The position numbers and the translations under genes are program-made. Shown here one piece after another: positions 55,883 through 64,000 of a stretch of 64,000 nucleotides of DNA. The stretch covers positions 1-64,000 of the forward strand of contig JBPCLP010000021.1 in the NCBI GenBank assembly GCA_051003195.1, read 5' to 3'. The notes under the pieces are model-generated. The model saw only the letters and a program-made list of their open reading frames with translations, made no database searches and was not told the DNA's origin. This DNA is from Candidatus Sumerlaeaceae bacterium. GTDB taxonomy: Bacteria > Sumerlaeota > Sumerlaeia > Sumerlaeales > Sumerlaeaceae. Each line of letters opens with the position of its first letter. Position 1 is the first letter of the stretch.

Positions 55883-58624
55883 CTATTTGTCCGACCGGTA
55901 CGGCTTCCGCGTTCTATAAAGCTCGAGTTGCTTGTCCAATTCAGCAGCGTCGCGGTCGCGATTCATTTGCCGGGCCATGCGGTGCGCTTCGGTTGCGGCT
56001 GCGATCGCCTCATCGAACTTGCCCTGCTCTGCTAAAGCCGCCGCTAATGTTTGCTGCACGAAAAGATTTGGTTGGCCGAGAAGTTGAATGGCTTGCCGCA
56101 CAAGGCGTTCCGCTTCCGCGCCATTGCGGAGGTTGTTGGTTTTCGCCGTGGCCCGCAGCCATGCCAGCGCGTTGAGCGCGCGCGCGCTGTTGGAATTCTG
56201 CGCCATTGGGGCAAGCATCTTATCCGCCTCCATTTCATTTCCGGTCGCGCGAGAGGCGGTCGCCAGTCCGACGATTGCTTCGTCGGAGTCAGGTTTGAGA
56301 CTTACTGCTTTCGAAAGTAAGAGCTGCGCCGAGTCGTAGCGTTCCAGGTCCAGCGCTACCTGGCCCGCATACGCAAGCAGCGCAGAGTTGGACGTATCTT
56401 CAATCCGCACCGCATCCAGCTCCCGAGTCGCGAGGTCCATAGATCGGCGCGCGACGTGCATCGCTGCGCGAACCACCGACGCCGCGAGCGGCGATTTCGT
56501 CGCGACGGCATTACACGCGCTTTCCCGTGCGGGTCCTTCCAATCCACTTACCATCAATGCAACTGCGCTAAAGTAGCCGCTCTCTTCGGGTTGGAGCCGC
56601 AGCGCCTCAGCGGCGCACCAGGCTCCCTCTTGCTGCCTTCCCTGTGCGGCAACCGATTGCGCGAGCCCGTGCCAGCCATCTGCTATCGATGGATTGATGG
56701 TCAGCGCGGTGCGTTCGGCAGCCTCAGCCGATTTCCAGTCGCGGCGCGACAGGTAAATATTGGCCAGGTTGAGGTGCGCCTTCTCGTCGAAAGGGTCGCA
56801 CGTGACGGCCTTTCGATACTCCGCAATAGCGTCGTCCTGCCTGCCTGAGAGCTGATACTGCGCGCCAAGACCATTGTGCGCTCGACCAAGATCGGGCCGC
56901 AGCTCGATCGCTTTCGTATAGCATGCGATGGACTTCGTGTAATTCCTTTTCAGCTCATATAGATCACCCAAAGCCATCTGCGCCTGCGGGTTTTTCGGCA
57001 TCAGCTCGATCGCCTTAACGAGGTCCGCTTCGGCCTCGTCCCATTGCCCGAGCATCTTATGCGCAATCCCGCGCGTGTAGATTGCTTCAAAGACGCCTGG
57101 CTTGCCGGTCAGATAGTTCGTCATCAGCCGCACGCCCTTCGAAACGTCTACTTCGTCGACGACGTAGGCGATTCCGTAGTAGAGGTCCGACAGTTCCTGT
57201 GCGATTTGCTCGGGATAATACGCGCGGATCTCGCCCTTGTACGCGGGATTGTGTTCATGCCTCGGCGCCAGCAATTCCTCTTCGGGTCTCCGGAAGCGCT
57301 GGATGAAGTGATCCGTCATGACCACATGTACGACATCGTCGGTTCGCCGCTGCGGCATGTGACACTGGATGCAGTTGTCCTGCACGACCGCTCGCATATC
57401 CGGCTTCTCGGTGCAGTCCGACTTACCTGGCGCGTGGCATTCGCGGCAGCTCGCAATACCGGCTGCCGTGCGATTCTCAGGAACTTTGTGTGGATCATGA
57501 CAACTTGTGCAGGTCAGCCGCCCTTGGCTGGCCGTGAAACATTTACTCATGCGCATCCGGTAGGCCTGCCCGGCGATTTCGAACTTGTCGTCTCTGCCGA
57601 CGCCTTTCGGGTGATCGAAGGAGATGCGATAATCCGCGAGCGACATTCCCGGCCGCCAGCTATAGACGGGGCTGTCGATAGTCTGTACGCTATGCGGCAG
57701 CTTGCCGCTGGTCGTCTCCAGGTGACACGCCATGCACGTGTCGAGTTCCGCCTCGTCGCTGATATTGCCGGCGTTCACGATTGCCTTCTTCACCTTCTCA
57801 CTGGAAGCTTTCTCACGGGCGAGCTTCACGTGTTCCGCGGCCGGTCCATGGCAGTTTTCGCAGCCGATGGCGGTCAGTGGCTCGGTACCGAAATCCGACG
57901 TTTCGCCATAATTAAAACGGTCTGCGCCGGCAGGGAGGTTCGGTATGCCCCCGTGGCAGAACATGCAGTCGTAGGTTATCCGCCGCGAGAAGCCCATGTG
58001 CATTGCGCTGTCGTAGCCCGGGTTCATCGCCCATTGTTTTTCCTGCGAATACCACGCAACCGGCAGCTGGTACAGCTTCCCGCCGGGTTCTTCGTGCAGG
58101 TAACTGCGCGCGTGGTTGCCAGACCCGACGATGTAGTTTATCTCGGCTCGCAATTCATTAATCGCTTTTCCCTCCGGTGATTTCTGATAGCGTACCTGGA
58201 AAAACTTTTCGCCTTCGCGCAGCATGCGAAAGTACTGCTGCGATGGCTGGTGATAGAATTCCGGCGCTGAAGTATAGTCTTCGATGATGTTCGTGACTGT
58301 GGGACGGTAGAGGCTGCGTCCCATTGCGACGTGGCTGTACGTGCTCACGATTTCGGCGTGGCATTCGGCGCAGCTTTGCGAGCCAATATAGCCGGCGGCA
58401 GGGCCGGTGGTAGCCCGTACCCAGCTTAGGCTTTCACCCGGGCTATACGGCAACTTCTCAGATTTGTAGAGTAACAGAGCCGCCAACGCTGCCGCTGTCA
58501 GCGTCGCGAGGAGAACAGCCCACGCCCGAATGCGCTTACTCTGCGCAAACGCCGATGCAGGTGCTTTCGAACGTAGCGGTGCATGCACCTTGTGGCCTTC
58601 GCGCTTGCGCCCCTTTTTGCTCAT
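55883..58624 (-). CDS. Multiheme cytochrome c with C-terminal TPR repeats
   Basis: Seven CxxCH motifs (CAECH, CMFCH, CENCH, CMACH, CTSCH, CRECH, CIQCH), an N-terminal TM helix and a TPR array. Confidence 0.88.
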   Translation of the reverse strand: MSKKGRKREGHKVHAPLRSKAPASAFAQSKRIRAWAVLLATLTAAALAALLLYKSEKLPYSPGESLSWVRATTGPAAGYIGSQSCAECHAEIVSTYSHVAMGRSLYRPTVTNIIEDYTSAPEFYHQPSQQYFRMLREGEKFFQVRYQKSPEGKAINELRAEINYIVGSGNHARSYLHEEPGGKLYQLPVAWYSQEKQWAMNPGYDSAMHMGFSRRITYDCMFCHGGIPNLPAGADRFNYGETSDFGTEPLTAIGCENCHGPAAEHVKLAREKASSEKVKKAIVNAGNISDEAELDTCMACHLETTSGKLPHSVQTIDSPVYSWRPGMSLADYRISFDHPKGVGRDDKFEIAGQAYRMRMSKCFTASQGRLTCTSCHDPHKVPENRTAAGIASCRECHAPGKSDCTEKPDMRAVVQDNCIQCHMPQRRTDDVVHVVMTDHFIQRFRRPEEELLAPRHEHNPAYKGEIRAYYPEQIAQELSDLYYGIAYVVDEVDVSKGVRLMTNYLTGKPGVFEAIYTRGIAHKMLGQWDEAEADLVKAIELMPKNPQAQMALGDLYELKRNYTKSIACYTKAIELRPDLGRAHNGLGAQYQLSGRQDDAIAEYRKAVTCDPFDEKAHLNLANIYLSRRDWKSAEAAERTALTINPSIADGWHGLAQSVAAQGRQQEGAWCAAEALRLQPEESGYFSAVALMVSGLEGPARESACNAVATKSPLAASVVRAAMHVARRSMDLATRELDAVRIEDTSNSALLAYAGQVALDLERYDSAQLLLSKAVSLKPDSDEAIVGLATASRATGNEMEADKMLAPMAQNSNSARALNALAWLRATAKTNNLRNGAEAERLVRQAIQLLGQPNLFVQQTLAAALAEQGKFDEAIAAATEAHRMARQMNRDRDAAELDKQLELYRTRKPYRSDK

Positions 58625-58857
58625 GGGGTGCAAAGAGTTTTAGTTTGGCGCAGCAGATGCAACGCGATTCAACTCCGCCTGGAACGTCCAGAGACGAACA
58701 GTTCCTTAAACGAGAAATACGCCTTTGCGCTGCTCGCGCTTGACGTGGCCCGTCCAAATCTCCAGCTTTATTAGAACATATCCCGGCGGCTCTCGCGAGC
58801 GGGCAACTGGCCGCCCCTTCTCGAAATTCGCCGGGAACAAATTCGCGAGGTACTGCA

Positions 58858-59577
58858 ATGGTGACCCGTTCTCTCACGCTCCCGTTGCTTGCAGTGATCG
58901 CAGCCACCCTGACGCGCGCAGGCGCAGCCGGTGATGGCATTGCGAACGAGCAAGTCAGCATCACACGAGGCATAGGCCCCGATAAGGCCCGGCTGGCATT
59001 CGTCCACGCAATCGCGGGGGCAGACAAAGTCGATCTCCTGGGCGATGGCCGCGTATTGCGCCGTAACGTCAGCTATGGCCGGCGACTTAAACCTCAATCG
59101 TTGCGCGCAGAAGGCTACAGCCTCGATGTTGATGCAGCTAAGGTGGGGCTGCCCTACATCGACGCGTTCACAGCAGATCTACAGGGCGGTAGGGATTACA
59201 CTTTCGTCGCCTATGGTAACACGGAGAGCAGTAGTCCGACTCTCGGACTTCTTGTCGATGTACCCGGGCTGCTTGTTCCGAAAGACACAGTACAGTTGCT
59301 CTTCACCAATGCCTCACCCGATTCACTTCCGGCAGATTTACTGATAGACGGCCAGGTGTTGTATTCAGGTGTCGCTTCCGGCAGCTTTCAAGGTCCACAG
59401 CCGATGGATGATAGTAAGCACGAGGTTGAAGTTCGGATAAACGGTCTAAGCGTGGTGGGACCGACCGTTAAAAAGTTCAAACATCGTGAGACAATCAACC
59501 TGGTGCTTTACGGCACGGCGTTGGGCGAAGACGGCAAACCCCTGCAACTTTTAAGCTCGGAGATGAAGTCGAGATAA
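58858..59577 (+). CDS. DUF4397 family secreted protein
   Basis: Repeated FVHAI...VD and FTNASPD...D units. Confidence 0.7.
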   Translation: MVTRSLTLPLLAVIAATLTRAGAAGDGIANEQVSITRGIGPDKARLAFVHAIAGADKVDLLGDGRVLRRNVSYGRRLKPQSLRAEGYSLDVDAAKVGLPYIDAFTADLQGGRDYTFVAYGNTESSSPTLGLLVDVPGLLVPKDTVQLLFTNASPDSLPADLLIDGQVLYSGVASGSFQGPQPMDDSKHEVEVRINGLSVVGPTVKKFKHRETINLVLYGTALGEDGKPLQLLSSEMKSR

Positions 59578-59650
59578 CCCAACGCGGTTCCTCAATGTTG
59601 CACTTGCGTGAGGCTCCGCTGGCTGCTCCGTATGCACCGAAAAGGAGCTT

Positions 59651-59938
59651 ATGATGCCTACCGAAGTGCGCGCCAGCCACATACTGGTTTTGACTGAAAA
59701 AGAAGCGCAGGACCTGAAGAAAAAAATTGCCGAGGGGGAGAAGTTCGCCCGTGTGGCAAAGCGATTCAGCACGTGTCCCAGTAGTGATGAAGGCGGGGAT
59801 CTCGGGTTTTTCAGCAAAGGAATGATGGCCCAGGAATTCGAAGATGCAGCATTCAAGGCGCCGCTGAATAAGGTGGTCGGGCCGGTAAAAACGGAGTTCG
59901 GCTACCACCTGATCATGGTAACCGAGCAGAAGGACTGA
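59651..59938 (+). CDS. ppiC: Parvulin-type peptidyl-prolyl cis-trans isomerase
   Basis: Motifs ASHILV, STCPS...GGDLG and VKTEFGYHLI; AAGGAG RBS. Confidence 0.92.
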   Translation: MMPTEVRASHILVLTEKEAQDLKKKIAEGEKFARVAKRFSTCPSSDEGGDLGFFSKGMMAQEFEDAAFKAPLNKVVGPVKTEFGYHLIMVTEQKD

Positions 59939-59953
59939 TATAGCGGGGCGATT

Positions 59954-60919
59954 TTAAGCCGGCTGTACTGCCGCCTGTTCAGGACTGTCGGCCCCGTATA
60001 TCGCTACACGATTCTGGCCCTGCCGCTTTGCGTCGAGCATCGCCTGAGTACCCTGTGTGACCAGCGTTTCCGCGCCACCCTCGTGTTCGGGGCGAAGGCT
60101 CACCACACCAATGCTGACGGTGCTTGTAACGTCCTGCGAATCGATCGTGAACGCGATGTTCTCCATCCATTGGCGGATCTGCTCGGCCGCACGCAGCGCC
60201 CCTGGTTCATCCGTCTGCGGCAACACCGCGCAAAATGTATGGGCGTCCGCCCGGCACAGTCGGTCGCTTCGCCGCAGGGCACCCGCCATGCTTTCAACAA
60301 ACTGGCGCAGCATGGCATCCGCCGCGGCGATTCCGTGCTCGCCTGATACGCCGCTGTACTGATCCAGCTCAATGACCAGCAGGGACAGCGGTGAACCATG
60401 CCGCCCGCTTCGGTGAATTTCGGATTCGAGGGATTCAAAGAGTAGCTTACGATTGCAGGCACCGCTGGGATCCTCGAGACCAGTCGTCATCTGCCACTGT
60501 AGCTCGCTTTGTCGTGCGAGTCCGGCCATGGCCTCGGCCAGCGCAAGATGACGTTCGACACGGGCTAACAGGATTTGCAAGTCGACCGGTTTGGTGATGT
60601 AATCATTCGCACCGGCGCGTAGTGCGCCCACAATATCATCGGTGTCCTTCAATGCGCTCGTGACAATCACCGGGAGTGTCTGCGTTTCTGGATCCTGCCG
60701 CAGCTCCGCGAGCAGCTCCATTCCGCCCTCTTCAGGCATAACAAGGTCAAGCAGCACGATGTCGGGCATCTGCTTGTCGATTGCATCCAATGCTTCCCGC
60801 ACCGAGTGCACAGCCCGTGTCTGGTACCCTTGCAGAGCAAGGTACTGCGTGAGTCCAGCTGCAGTCAGGGGTTCATCGTCTACTACAAGGATATGCGCTG
60901 CCTTGGCCGCCACGACCAT
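59954..60919 (-). CDS. Response regulator with degenerate GGDEF domain
   Basis: REC domain (LLDLVMP, YITKP); GGDEF fold with RRSD I-site but DAHTF in place of GGDEF. Confidence 0.85.
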   Translation of the reverse strand: MVVAAKAAHILVVDDEPLTAAGLTQYLALQGYQTRAVHSVREALDAIDKQMPDIVLLDLVMPEEGGMELLAELRQDPETQTLPVIVTSALKDTDDIVGALRAGANDYITKPVDLQILLARVERHLALAEAMAGLARQSELQWQMTTGLEDPSGACNRKLLFESLESEIHRSGRHGSPLSLLVIELDQYSGVSGEHGIAAADAMLRQFVESMAGALRRSDRLCRADAHTFCAVLPQTDEPGALRAAEQIRQWMENIAFTIDSQDVTSTVSIGVVSLRPEHEGGAETLVTQGTQAMLDAKRQGQNRVAIYGADSPEQAAVQPA

Positions 60920-61119
60920 ACGGAATCATGCCTCCGGAAACATCTAGTCAGCCGGCCGACCCGATTGTGCAGCTGACAGAAAACAGTTGAAAGAGATCGC
61001 GCGCGTGTGCAACAGGAAAGATGGGGAATTGTTTTTATCCTGTCAGGCCGAACGTTCCCGGGCGAATCCAGCCCCTGGATATTTCAACATCAGGACCCAG
61101 CCGAAGCCGCACCCGAATA

Positions 61120-61701
61120 TCATGCCGGGAGCTTGCTCTCCAGGTCCTTTGCCATTTTCCGCACATCGGTTTTCTGCATGAGATGCTCAGTCTCTTGTGG
61201 TTCATCCTCCAGCGCCTGTTCCTTAACGCCCAGGTGTTGACTGATACCGCAAAGTATTTTCAGCACGCGTGTCATTTCTTCTTCTTCGAGCATGTCGATC
61301 TGAAGATTGAGCTGTGCCCGATGATCCGCCTGGCGGGTCATACGGTTCTGGCTGATCAGGAGCACAATGCTGACGAAGATCGCTTCAAGTGAAACAATCA
61401 TGGTGAGCAAGCCGTAAGGAAAAGGGTCGAATGGTTTGATTCCCGGCATCCAGCCGCGGTTGATTGCGATCCAGATTCCGAACCAGAGCACATGAACAAT
61501 GAACACGGTCATGGTGCCAAAGTGCTTTGCGATCGTGTCGCCGATTCGTTCGGGTAAGTTTCGCCTTTGCAGGGACTCCTTTTCTATCCTGGCGATCAGC
61601 TCGATGTTGCGCGAGCTGGGGTCTCCACGAAGCAGCGCGCCAATCCCGCCTTGAGGCGGGTCAGCAGGGTCCGGCGAGTTTTTAGAATGGTGGTGACTCA
61701 T
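61120..61701 (-). CDS. DUF1003 family membrane protein
   Basis: Motif FDPFPYGLLTMIVSLEAIF...ISQNR. Confidence 0.85.
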   Translation of the reverse strand: MSHHHSKNSPDPADPPQGGIGALLRGDPSSRNIELIARIEKESLQRRNLPERIGDTIAKHFGTMTVFIVHVLWFGIWIAINRGWMPGIKPFDPFPYGLLTMIVSLEAIFVSIVLLISQNRMTRQADHRAQLNLQIDMLEEEEMTRVLKILCGISQHLGVKEQALEDEPQETEHLMQKTDVRKMAKDLESKLPA

Positions 61702-61912
61702 ACGAGGTTTTTGCCCGGACACAGTAAGGGATCAAATTGTGTGCCAGCCGCGCGATACAGCCACTGTTGCAATTAGCCGACTTGTCTGCTCTTCGTATGA
61801 ATCCGTTGTAGCACGCCTGACGTTTTTATTTGCGCGCTCCCCATGAACAAACAGCCTCGCCTGCCGTGAACTGCCAACTTGCCATAGCAGCAGCCCTGGG
61901 GTCTGTCCTCGC

Positions 61913-62779
61913 ATGAAAGGGATTATTCTTGCGGGCGGATCAGGCACCCGGCTGCACCCCCTGACCCTCGCAATCAGCAAGCAACTGATGCCGGTCTATG
62001 ACAAACCCATGGTGTACTATCCTCTCAGCACGATGATGTTGACGGGGATTCGGGAGATCGTCGTTATCTCAACGCCACAGGATCTCCCGCTCTTCCGGCG
62101 TCTGCTTGGCGACGGGACTCAGCTGGGGATGCGCTTCGACTATGTCGAGCAGCGGCGCCCCGAGGGCCTGGCACAGGCGTTTATACTTGGCGAAAAGTTC
62201 CTGGACGGGGACAGCGCTGCCCTTATCCTTGGCGACAACATCTTCTACGGCGTAGGGCTGGCGGACACGTTGCAGGAATGCACCAGTCCGGAGGGTGGGA
62301 TCATATTCGCCTACCATGTGCAAGATCCGGAGCGATACGGTGTGGTGGAATTCGACGATGGAGGTCGTGCGATTTCCATCGAAGAAAAGCCCCACAAACC
62401 GCGCTCACCATTTGCCATCCCCGGATTATATTTTTATGATTCCAAGGTCGTGGAAATCGCGAAGTCATTGAAGCCATCAGCGCGTGGCGAATTGGAGATT
62501 TCCGACATAAACCGCAACTACATGGAACGTGGTGAATTACGCGTGGTCCCGTTAACTCGCGGCACCGCGTGGCTGGACACCGGCACCCACGAAAGCCTGA
62601 TGCACGCGGGGCAATTTGTACAAATTATTGAGCAGCGCCAGGGCCTTAAAATCGGCTGTATTGAAGAAGTAGCGTGGCGTATGGGTTTTATCGACAACAA
62701 GCAACTGAACTCGCTCGCGCAACCTCTCGCCAGGAGCGGCTACGGTGAGTATTTGCTCCGCTTGCTGCGCGAATCTTGA
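61913..62779 (+). CDS. rfbA: Glucose-1-phosphate thymidylyltransferase
   Basis: Motifs [32 protein letters not shown] and WLDTGT. Confidence 0.96.
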   Translation: MKGIILAGGSGTRLHPLTLAISKQLMPVYDKPMVYYPLSTMMLTGIREIVVISTPQDLPLFRRLLGDGTQLGMRFDYVEQRRPEGLAQAFILGEKFLDGDSAALILGDNIFYGVGLADTLQECTSPEGGIIFAYHVQDPERYGVVEFDDGGRAISIEEKPHKPRSPFAIPGLYFYDSKVVEIAKSLKPSARGELEISDINRNYMERGELRVVPLTRGTAWLDTGTHESLMHAGQFVQIIEQRQGLKIGCIEEVAWRMGFIDNKQLNSLAQPLARSGYGEYLLRLLRES

Positions 62780-62814
62780 AACCCGCAAACCTCGATTAGG
62801 AAAGAACTCAAGTC

Positions 62815-63684
62815 ATGAACTTTACAGGATCCATGTGTGCCATCGTCACCCCATTCAAGGACGAGAAGGTGGATGCCCAGGCACTGCAGCGGCTCATCGA
62901 TTTCCAGATCGATAACGGCACCAGCGCACTGGTTCCGTGTGGCACTACGGGCGAGAGCGCTACGCTGACGCACGAGGAACACCACCAGGTTATCGAGCTG
63001 ACTATCAAGTTTTCCGGCGGGCGGGTTCCCGTCATCGCCGGCACCGGCAGCAACGCCACGGCGGAGGCGATCTCGTTGACCCGTGAAGCCAAAAAATGGG
63101 GCGCGGACGCGGCGCTGCTCATCACACCTTATTATAATAAGCCCACACAGGAAGGCTTATACGCCCATTATATGGCCGTCGCGGATGCCGTGGAGATTCC
63201 GCAGATCCTTTACAACGTACCCGCGCGCACTGCCGTCAGCATCAATCCCGAAACGGTTGCACGGTTGGCGCAGCATCCAAACATCGTGGCAATTAAAGAG
63301 GCGAGCGGCTCGATGGATTACGTCAGCCAGCTGCGCGGGCTTTCCTCCATTACGATTCTGAGCGGCAACGACAACCTGACGCTTCCGCTGATGGCTCTTG
63401 GCGCTACTGGCTCCATCAGTGTGTTGGCGAATGTGATTCCAAAACTGTGCGCGCAAATGATCGCGGCGGTAGATGCGGGTGAGTGGGCAACTGCCCGGCA
63501 GATACATTATAGCACCTTCGGTCTGACGGAAGCGCTATTCCTCGAAACGAACCCAATCCCGGTGAAAGCCGCGCTGGCGATGATGGGGCTGATTTCAGAC
63601 GAGATTCGTCTGCCACTAGTCACGATGAACGAGAAATTTGCGCCGCGTCTCCGCAAGGAACTGGAGGCGCTGGACCTCCTCTAA
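62815..63684 (+). CDS. dapA: 4-hydroxy-tetrahydrodipicolinate synthase
   Basis: Motifs GTTGES, PYYNKP, YNVPART, IKEASG and NPIPVK. Confidence 0.95.
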   Translation: MNFTGSMCAIVTPFKDEKVDAQALQRLIDFQIDNGTSALVPCGTTGESATLTHEEHHQVIELTIKFSGGRVPVIAGTGSNATAEAISLTREAKKWGADAALLITPYYNKPTQEGLYAHYMAVADAVEIPQILYNVPARTAVSINPETVARLAQHPNIVAIKEASGSMDYVSQLRGLSSITILSGNDNLTLPLMALGATGSISVLANVIPKLCAQMIAAVDAGEWATARQIHYSTFGLTEALFLETNPIPVKAALAMMGLISDEIRLPLVTMNEKFAPRLRKELEALDLL

Positions 63685-63706
63685 GACCTTGGCGGTCAGC
63701 CCCGTT

Positions 63707-64000
63707 TCAAGCCAGCATTCGGCAAAGATCTTCAACATCATGGCGCAGGTGAGAAAGGCCTTCGTTGAGGCGCCTGTAGCGCTGCAGGTTTACCTGTACG
63801 GGTGCCTCCATGCGTGAAGGGGCTGCCACTTCCGCGGGGGGGGCTTGCGGCTGGCTGCGCAGCTGTTTCCGCGCGCCCGCGATGGTAAACTTCTCGGTGT
63901 AAAGCAGCCGCTTGATCTCCAGGATCAGCTCGATGTCGCCGCGACGATACCGGCGTTGGTCGTTCTCATCCTTTTCAGGGCCAAGCATGGGAAACTCGGT
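63707..64000 (-). CDS. MerR-family transcriptional regulator, 5' end outside window
   Basis: TEFPMLGP...QRRY...IKRLLYTEKFTIAGARKQL, with the frame open to the window edge. Confidence 0.8.
   Translation of the reverse strand, partial: TEFPMLGPEKDENDQRRYRRGDIELILEIKRLLYTEKFTIAGARKQLRSQPQAPPAEVAAPSRMEAPVQVNLQRYRRLNEGLSHLRHDVEDLCRMLA

Noticed and set aside
57044..58180. 378-aa plus-strand ORF, and similar long antisense ORFs such as 8217-9311 and 11614-12489
   Set aside because: These are shadow ORFs opposite well-supported genes in GC-rich DNA, with no recognisable motifs.

Overview
GC-rich bacterial chromosomal window. Two large secreted proteins end in a TA[VA]S[DN]WxL motif, which from recollection suggests Ca. 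Sumerlaeota (BRC1); this is an unverified inference. From left to right the window holds: a truncated Asp-box (BNR) protein and a structured non-coding kilobase with a boxA-like motif; a complete Wsp-type chemosensory operon whose output protein is a WspR-like receiver fused to a histidine kinase; tRNA-Ser(UGA); an ABC exporter followed by three related secreted genes; a GH31 glycosidase; and an amidase/FN3 protein. Next comes a dispersed organosulfonate locus at 27-47 kb: DUF3830, TauE and YeiH-type exporters, an SdhA/SdhB-like pair with altered active-site residues, suyAB sulfolactate sulfo-lyase, and a class I fumarase-like alpha/beta pair co-transcribed with an Sdh-type membrane anchor and a Rieske/cytochrome b/cytochrome c complex. 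The right end holds a MacAB-like exporter, an EEP nuclease, a heptaheme-TPR protein, ppiC, a degenerate REC-GGDEF protein, rfbA, dapA and a truncated MerR-family gene. The main hypothesis is that the 27-47 kb locus is a sulfonate mimic of succinate -> fumarate -> malate (3-sulfopropionate -> sulfoacrylate -> (R)-sulfolactate -> pyruvate + sulfite) with its own respiratory branch.
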